Origin: a virus
Lineage: Duplodnaviria > Caudoviricetes
Direction: 5' to 3' (one strand)
IMG/VR virus record: IMGVR_UViG_3300025653_000214
Location: 1 to 27,271 of that record
Length of the DNA stretch: 27,271 bases
This document shows, in pieces, positions 23,375 to 27,271 of the stretch; the first letter of the stretch is position 1; each line of letters starts with the position of its first letter. The position numbers and the translations under genes are program-made. The notes below the pieces were generated by a model. The model did not search any database. It saw only the letters and a list, made by a program, of their open reading frames with translations, and was not told the origin of the DNA.

Positions 23375-24544
23375 ATGGCTAATAATCTTGGTGTACGCGG
23401 TACTGGTGGCCCACAAGGCCCAGCCCGTGGTACTGGCAAGGATGTTTCCCAGCGGGAAGATCTAGCAAACTTTATCACGATGATTACTCGTGATGAAACT
23501 CCTTTTATGTCATCTATTGGCAAATCTAAAGCAACAGCAATCTACCATGAATGGCAGACAGACCAGCTGGAAGCTCCAGGCAATTCACGCATTGGTGAAG
23601 GTACAGACTTTATCGCACCAACTGCTGACGGTTCTGGCGGCACAGGTGCAACACCTGCAACTGGTGCTAAATTTGCTGTATCTGGTCCTAATCGTACACG
23701 GTTGGGTAACTATACTCAGATCAACGGTAAGACAATTGCGGTATCCGGCACACGCCGTGCGGTTGATCAAGCTGGTGTTGCAGACGAATATGCATATCAG
23801 CTTAAAAAGCGCGGAACTGAACTGCGCCGTGATGTTGAGTTTGACATGGTTCACTCATACAACACAGCTAATGCTGTAGGCGTACAAAACGCTAATGCGC
23901 GTTCAGCTGGTGGATTTCAATCATTTATTAACTCAGCATCTACTTGTAACTATGTAGGTGAGTTTGAAGCCCCTTCGGCTTCTTCCTCTAATGCTGGTAC
24001 AGACGCACAAGGCACAGACACTGTGCGTGGCTCAATCAACGGCGGAACTACTGCACCAGCACGTGGAACTCTTGCACTGACAGATATTGATGCTGTTATG
24101 CAGAAGATCTATGAGCAAGGTGGTAAGGCAACTAAGGTTATGTTGTCACCAAAGCTACGCCGTGATTTCTCAGACCTTATGGTTTCAGACACTGGCGTTG
24201 TTCGTAACATTGACGCTGGTGGAAAGCTCCGTCAGTCTGTTGACGTATACATGTCAGACTTTGGCGATCTTATGGTAGTTCCTAACTACATTATGGGTCT
24301 GTCAAACTCTGTTGCACTGAAGGGCGATAATGGTACTGCCTTCTCAGGCGCAGGTATTCCTGACGTTGCTGACTTTGCAGCATTGATCTATGATCCAATG
24401 TGGTTTGCCGTGGCAACTCTGCGTCCTATGCAGGAAGTAGATGTGGGCCAGCAAGGCGACTCGACCAAAGGTATGATGGTCGAAGAGTGTACTCTTGAAG
24501 TACGTAACCCACTTGGTTGTGGTGCTGTCTACGGCCTTAACTAG
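23375..24544 (+). CDS. Major capsid protein (DUF5309/SU10-like)
   Basis: REDLANFITMITRDETPFMSSIG, HEWQTDQL, GNYTQINGKTIAVSGT, YMSDFG; strong SD; followed by a terminator. Confidence 0.9.
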   Translation: MANNLGVRGTGGPQGPARGTGKDVSQREDLANFITMITRDETPFMSSIGKSKATAIYHEWQTDQLEAPGNSRIGEGTDFIAPTADGSGGTGATPATGAKFAVSGPNRTRLGNYTQINGKTIAVSGTRRAVDQAGVADEYAYQLKKRGTELRRDVEFDMVHSYNTANAVGVQNANARSAGGFQSFINSASTCNYVGEFEAPSASSSNAGTDAQGTDTVRGSINGGTTAPARGTLALTDIDAVMQKIYEQGGKATKVMLSPKLRRDFSDLMVSDTGVVRNIDAGGKLRQSVDVYMSDFGDLMVVPNYIMGLSNSVALKGDNGTAFSGAGIPDVADFAALIYDPMWFAVATLRPMQEVDVGQQGDSTKGMMVEECTLEVRNPLGCGAVYGLN

Positions 24545-24554
24545 GCTAATTGTT

Positions 24555-24587
24555 AGGGGAGGTCTTTATGGCTTCCCCTTTCTTTTT
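24555..24587 (+). terminator. Intrinsic terminator after the major capsid gene
   Basis: AGGGGAGGTC-TTTAT-GGCTTCCCCT then TTCTTTTT. Confidence 0.85.
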
Positions 24588-24598
24588 AGGAGGTAATT

Positions 24599-24787
24599 AT
24601 GCCAAAAGTTGGTGATAAGGAATTTAAATACAATAAGTATGGAATGGAAGCTGCTAAAAAGTATGCTGCTAAAACCGGAAAAGATATTGAGTACAAAGCA
24701 ATGGGCGGCAACGTAGCTGGTTATTATAACAAGGGTGGTAAAGTAGCAGGATGTGGTCCAGCTATGAACAACCCAATGAAAAAATAA
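24599..24787 (+). CDS. Small basic protein
   Basis: SD AGGAGG; MPKVGDKEFKY...AAKKYAAKTG. Confidence 0.7.
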   Translation: MPKVGDKEFKYNKYGMEAAKKYAAKTGKDIEYKAMGGNVAGYYNKGGKVAGCGPAMNNPMKK

Positions 24788-24806
24788 ATTAACGGGAGAT
24801 AAGTAA

Positions 24807-25016
24807 ATGCTAGTTATTAGACTTGCTAATGGGAATACTTACCCAGCAGACAGATGCACATATCGTGTTGATGAAGCAACAAATAAAATTACACATTTTG
24901 ACCCTAACGCTGTGACAGTAGCGGTGGGGAATGCGCCAACAGCTGTAGGCTCTACAGGGGCACGATTAGGATACATTAAAGCAGGACGCTTTGCACCGTA
25001 TACCCAAACACCATAA
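24807..25016 (+). CDS. hypothetical protein
   Basis: SD GGGAG. Confidence 0.65.
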   Translation: MLVIRLANGNTYPADRCTYRVDEATNKITHFDPNAVTVAVGNAPTAVGSTGARLGYIKAGRFAPYTQTP

Positions 25017-25030
25017 GGAGACAAGAGGAC

Positions 25031-25372
25031 ATGTCTAAAGAAACTGACTTTAAATTCCGTAGTGCAACTGTGGAAGCAAATAAAGGTATTCAAGCTGGCT
25101 TTGACCTGGAATCAGGAGATTGGCAAGCAACTCAAGATATTACACAATATAAAGAACAAGCAAAAGAAGACCGTGACAGGCAAGAATATTTTGGTCACAC
25201 TAAAGGAGGCTATCGTAAGATGGCTACAATTCCTGATATTGTGGCAATTAAAATCTTGCAAGACCACCATTTAGATCTGCATGACCCATCGTTTATGCAA
25301 GACCCTAATAATCTTAAAAAGCTTAAAACTATTCTATTGAGTGAGTACCGTGATCTTGTAGTCAACACTTAA
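25031..25372 (+). CDS. hypothetical virion-associated protein
   Basis: SD present; QDIT...RKMATIPDIV; located between capsid and adaptor genes. Confidence 0.7.
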   Translation: MSKETDFKFRSATVEANKGIQAGFDLESGDWQATQDITQYKEQAKEDRDRQEYFGHTKGGYRKMATIPDIVAIKILQDHHLDLHDPSFMQDPNNLKKLKTILLSEYRDLVVNT

Positions 25373-25385
25373 TCAGGAGGCCCAC

Positions 25386-26273
25386 ATGGCATTGACTTAT
25401 ACTCAGCTAGTGGCACTTGTTCGTACATGGTGTAATAGAGATGAAGAAGTAGTAAGTGATTCTATTATTCAAGATGCTCTTAAGTATGCTGCAGATAAAG
25501 CGTATAGGACCTTGCGGGTTCCACCACTAGAGAATGTTGCTATATATGAGAAAACCTTGTTAGAGGCTGGAACGACAGCATCTAATAGTTTACAAGGTAG
25601 TATTACAGAAATACAATTACCTTATGATCTTGTAGAGTTTATTCAAATTAGAGAAGTAGACTCATCAGGTTTGACTACACGTGTATTTAATGAAAAGCTA
25701 GATATTCGTACATTTAATGACACGCTGAGTGAAAAGTATAGTAACCTTAATTACTGGGCACGACAACAAAATGTTGTGTATTTAAGTCCAGGGTTTGGTA
25801 ATGGCTCTACTGGTTCTCAAGCAAACACAATAGAACTATATTATTATCGAAGACTGCCAGCGCTTAACGCTGTGTATTCTGTAACAGTTCTTAATTATAA
25901 CGCAGGATTTCTTACCACAACAGGGGCAGGGTCTGGTGTTACTAATTCTAAACAATTATATTTTAATAGCAACACTGGGACAACAGCTTACGCTACACAA
26001 TCGGATGCACAAGCAGCAGATGCAGGTGGTACAGTAACTGCTACTTATTATATCGGAACCCCAACACCTAACTGGCTACGTGATGAAAACCAAAGAATAC
26101 TTTTGTTTGGAGCATTAGCAGAGGTGTTTGCATATGTTCAAGATGATCAACAAGCAGCAAAATACAATCAAGCATTTCTAGCAGAAATTGCAGAAGTAAA
26201 TGATGAGGATGCAAAACGAAACGCTTCAGGTGGAAACCTACAAGTAAACTTTAATGGGCGAGGGTTAATATAA
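25386..26273 (+). CDS. Head-tail adaptor / tail tubular protein
   Basis: TYTQLVALVRTWCNR, LPYDLVE, IELYYYRRLPAL, NWL...LLFGALAE; position before the fibre gene. Confidence 0.65.
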   Translation: MALTYTQLVALVRTWCNRDEEVVSDSIIQDALKYAADKAYRTLRVPPLENVAIYEKTLLEAGTTASNSLQGSITEIQLPYDLVEFIQIREVDSSGLTTRVFNEKLDIRTFNDTLSEKYSNLNYWARQQNVVYLSPGFGNGSTGSQANTIELYYYRRLPALNAVYSVTVLNYNAGFLTTTGAGSGVTNSKQLYFNSNTGTTAYATQSDAQAADAGGTVTATYYIGTPTPNWLRDENQRILLFGALAEVFAYVQDDQQAAKYNQAFLAEIAEVNDEDAKRNASGGNLQVNFNGRGLI

Positions 26274-27271
26274 TGACTACACCAGCAAGACCTGGCTCCT
26301 TTACAGGGGCTACAGACAATGCCGCTAGTGGTGGTTTGTTTACTGATACGCTTATTGATGGTATCCCTGATATTGTAGGTGCAGACGTTCTAGCGGCTGA
26401 AACAGCGGCAACTAATGCTAAGGCATCAGAAACAGCGGCGGCTACTAGTGCAACTAATGCGGCTACATCAGCAACTAACGCAGCAACTAGTGCTACAGCG
26501 AGTGCAACTTCAGCTACTGCTAGTGCAAGCTCTGCCTCGGCGGCGGCAAACTCTGCTTCAACTACAGCAGCAGACGCAGCAACGGCAACAACTAAAGCGG
26601 CAGAAGCAAGTACTTCAGCCACTAATGCCGCAGCTTCACAAACTGCAGCGGCTAACTCTGCAACTTCAGCGGCATCAAGTGCTACATCAGCAACTGGTTC
26701 TGCTAACAGTGCAACAACTTCAGCTACAGCAAGTGCTAATAGTGCAACTGCTAGTGCTAGTAGTGCAACAGCTTCGGCTAGCTCAGCCACAGCTGCAGCT
26801 ACTTCTGAAACTAATGCAGCAACTTCAGCAACTAATAGTGCTAATAGTGCTACAGCTTCAGGTAACTCAGCAACTGCTAGTGCGGGAAGTGCATCAACAG
26901 CAACTACTCAAGCTACTAATGCGGCAACTAGCGCAACAACAGCAAGTACTCAGGCTACAAATGCTGGTAACTCAGCTACAGCAGCTGCAAGTTCGGCTAC
27001 AGATGCACAAGGTTCTGAAGATGAAGCAGAAGCATGGGCGCAGAAAACAAACGGTGAAGCAGTTACAGGTGAAGGTTATTCAGCTAAAGCATGGGCAACT
27101 GGAGGCACAGGCGTAGACCACACTTCAGGTGCTGGTAACGCTAAAGATTGGGCAACTGAAACTACAACTACAGCTGATAACACTGAATACTCTGCTAAAG
27201 AGTATGCTATTGGCACACAGTCTGGTAACACTAATGGCTCTGCTAAACAATGGGCTTTGGGTGGCGGTAAC
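26273..27271 (+). CDS. Tail fibre protein (3' end outside window)
   Basis: Not in ORF track. TAATG coupling; MTTPARPGSF... then long Ala/Ser/Thr heptad-like repeats (SATNAATSATNAA), then SAKAWA/NAKDWA/SAKEYA/SAKQWA repeats. Confidence 0.85.
   Translation, partial: MTTPARPGSFTGATDNAASGGLFTDTLIDGIPDIVGADVLAAETAATNAKASETAAATSATNAATSATNAATSATASATSATASASSASAAANSASTTAADAATATTKAAEASTSATNAAASQTAAANSATSAASSATSATGSANSATTSATASANSATASASSATASASSATAAATSETNAATSATNSANSATASGNSATASAGSASTATTQATNAATSATTASTQATNAGNSATAAASSATDAQGSEDEAEAWAQKTNGEAVTGEGYSAKAWATGGTGVDHTSGAGNAKDWATETTTTADNTEYSAKEYAIGTQSGNTNGSAKQWALGGGN

Noticed and set aside
26251-27116. Antisense Ala/Val/Leu-rich and alternate-frame Gln/Leu-rich ORFs
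   Set aside because: Artefacts of the repetitive tail-fibre codons.
1-27271. tRNA genes, integrase, reverse transcriptase, introns/inteins, alternative genetic code
   Set aside because: No signatures seen by eye; core genes are uninterrupted and all three stop codons end genes normally.

Overview
Fragment of a lytic, podovirus-type dsDNA phage; a marine, probably alphaproteobacterial host is inferred from gene content only. The left arm (1-15267, minus strand) holds an early block of small ORFs with an SSB, then a replication/nucleotide block (MazG-like, DUF3310, HNH, PolA, 5'-3' exonuclease, RusA-like, primase-helicase, ThyX). It ends in a T7-type single-subunit RNA polymerase that is missing from the ORF track and runs off the left edge. 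The right arm (15717-27271, plus strand) holds large terminase, a holin-like protein, small basic proteins, portal, scaffold, major capsid, a head-tail protein and a tail fibre that runs off the right edge. The most interesting signals are non-coding. A 16-bp motif TATATACCCCTTATAG occurs 5 times (likely the phage RNAP promoter), once as a face-to-face pair around a hairpin and once back-to-back. A probable small terminase sits alone as an opposite-strand cassette 7 kb from terL. A second 16-bp motif occurs 3 times, and four hairpins share interchangeable stem and loop modules. The ssb gene is sandwiched between a ~500-nt structured, switch-like RNA region and a compact pseudoknot. PolA has paired substitutions at two normally conserved active-site residues. 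All calls are by eye; no database searches or folding programs were run.
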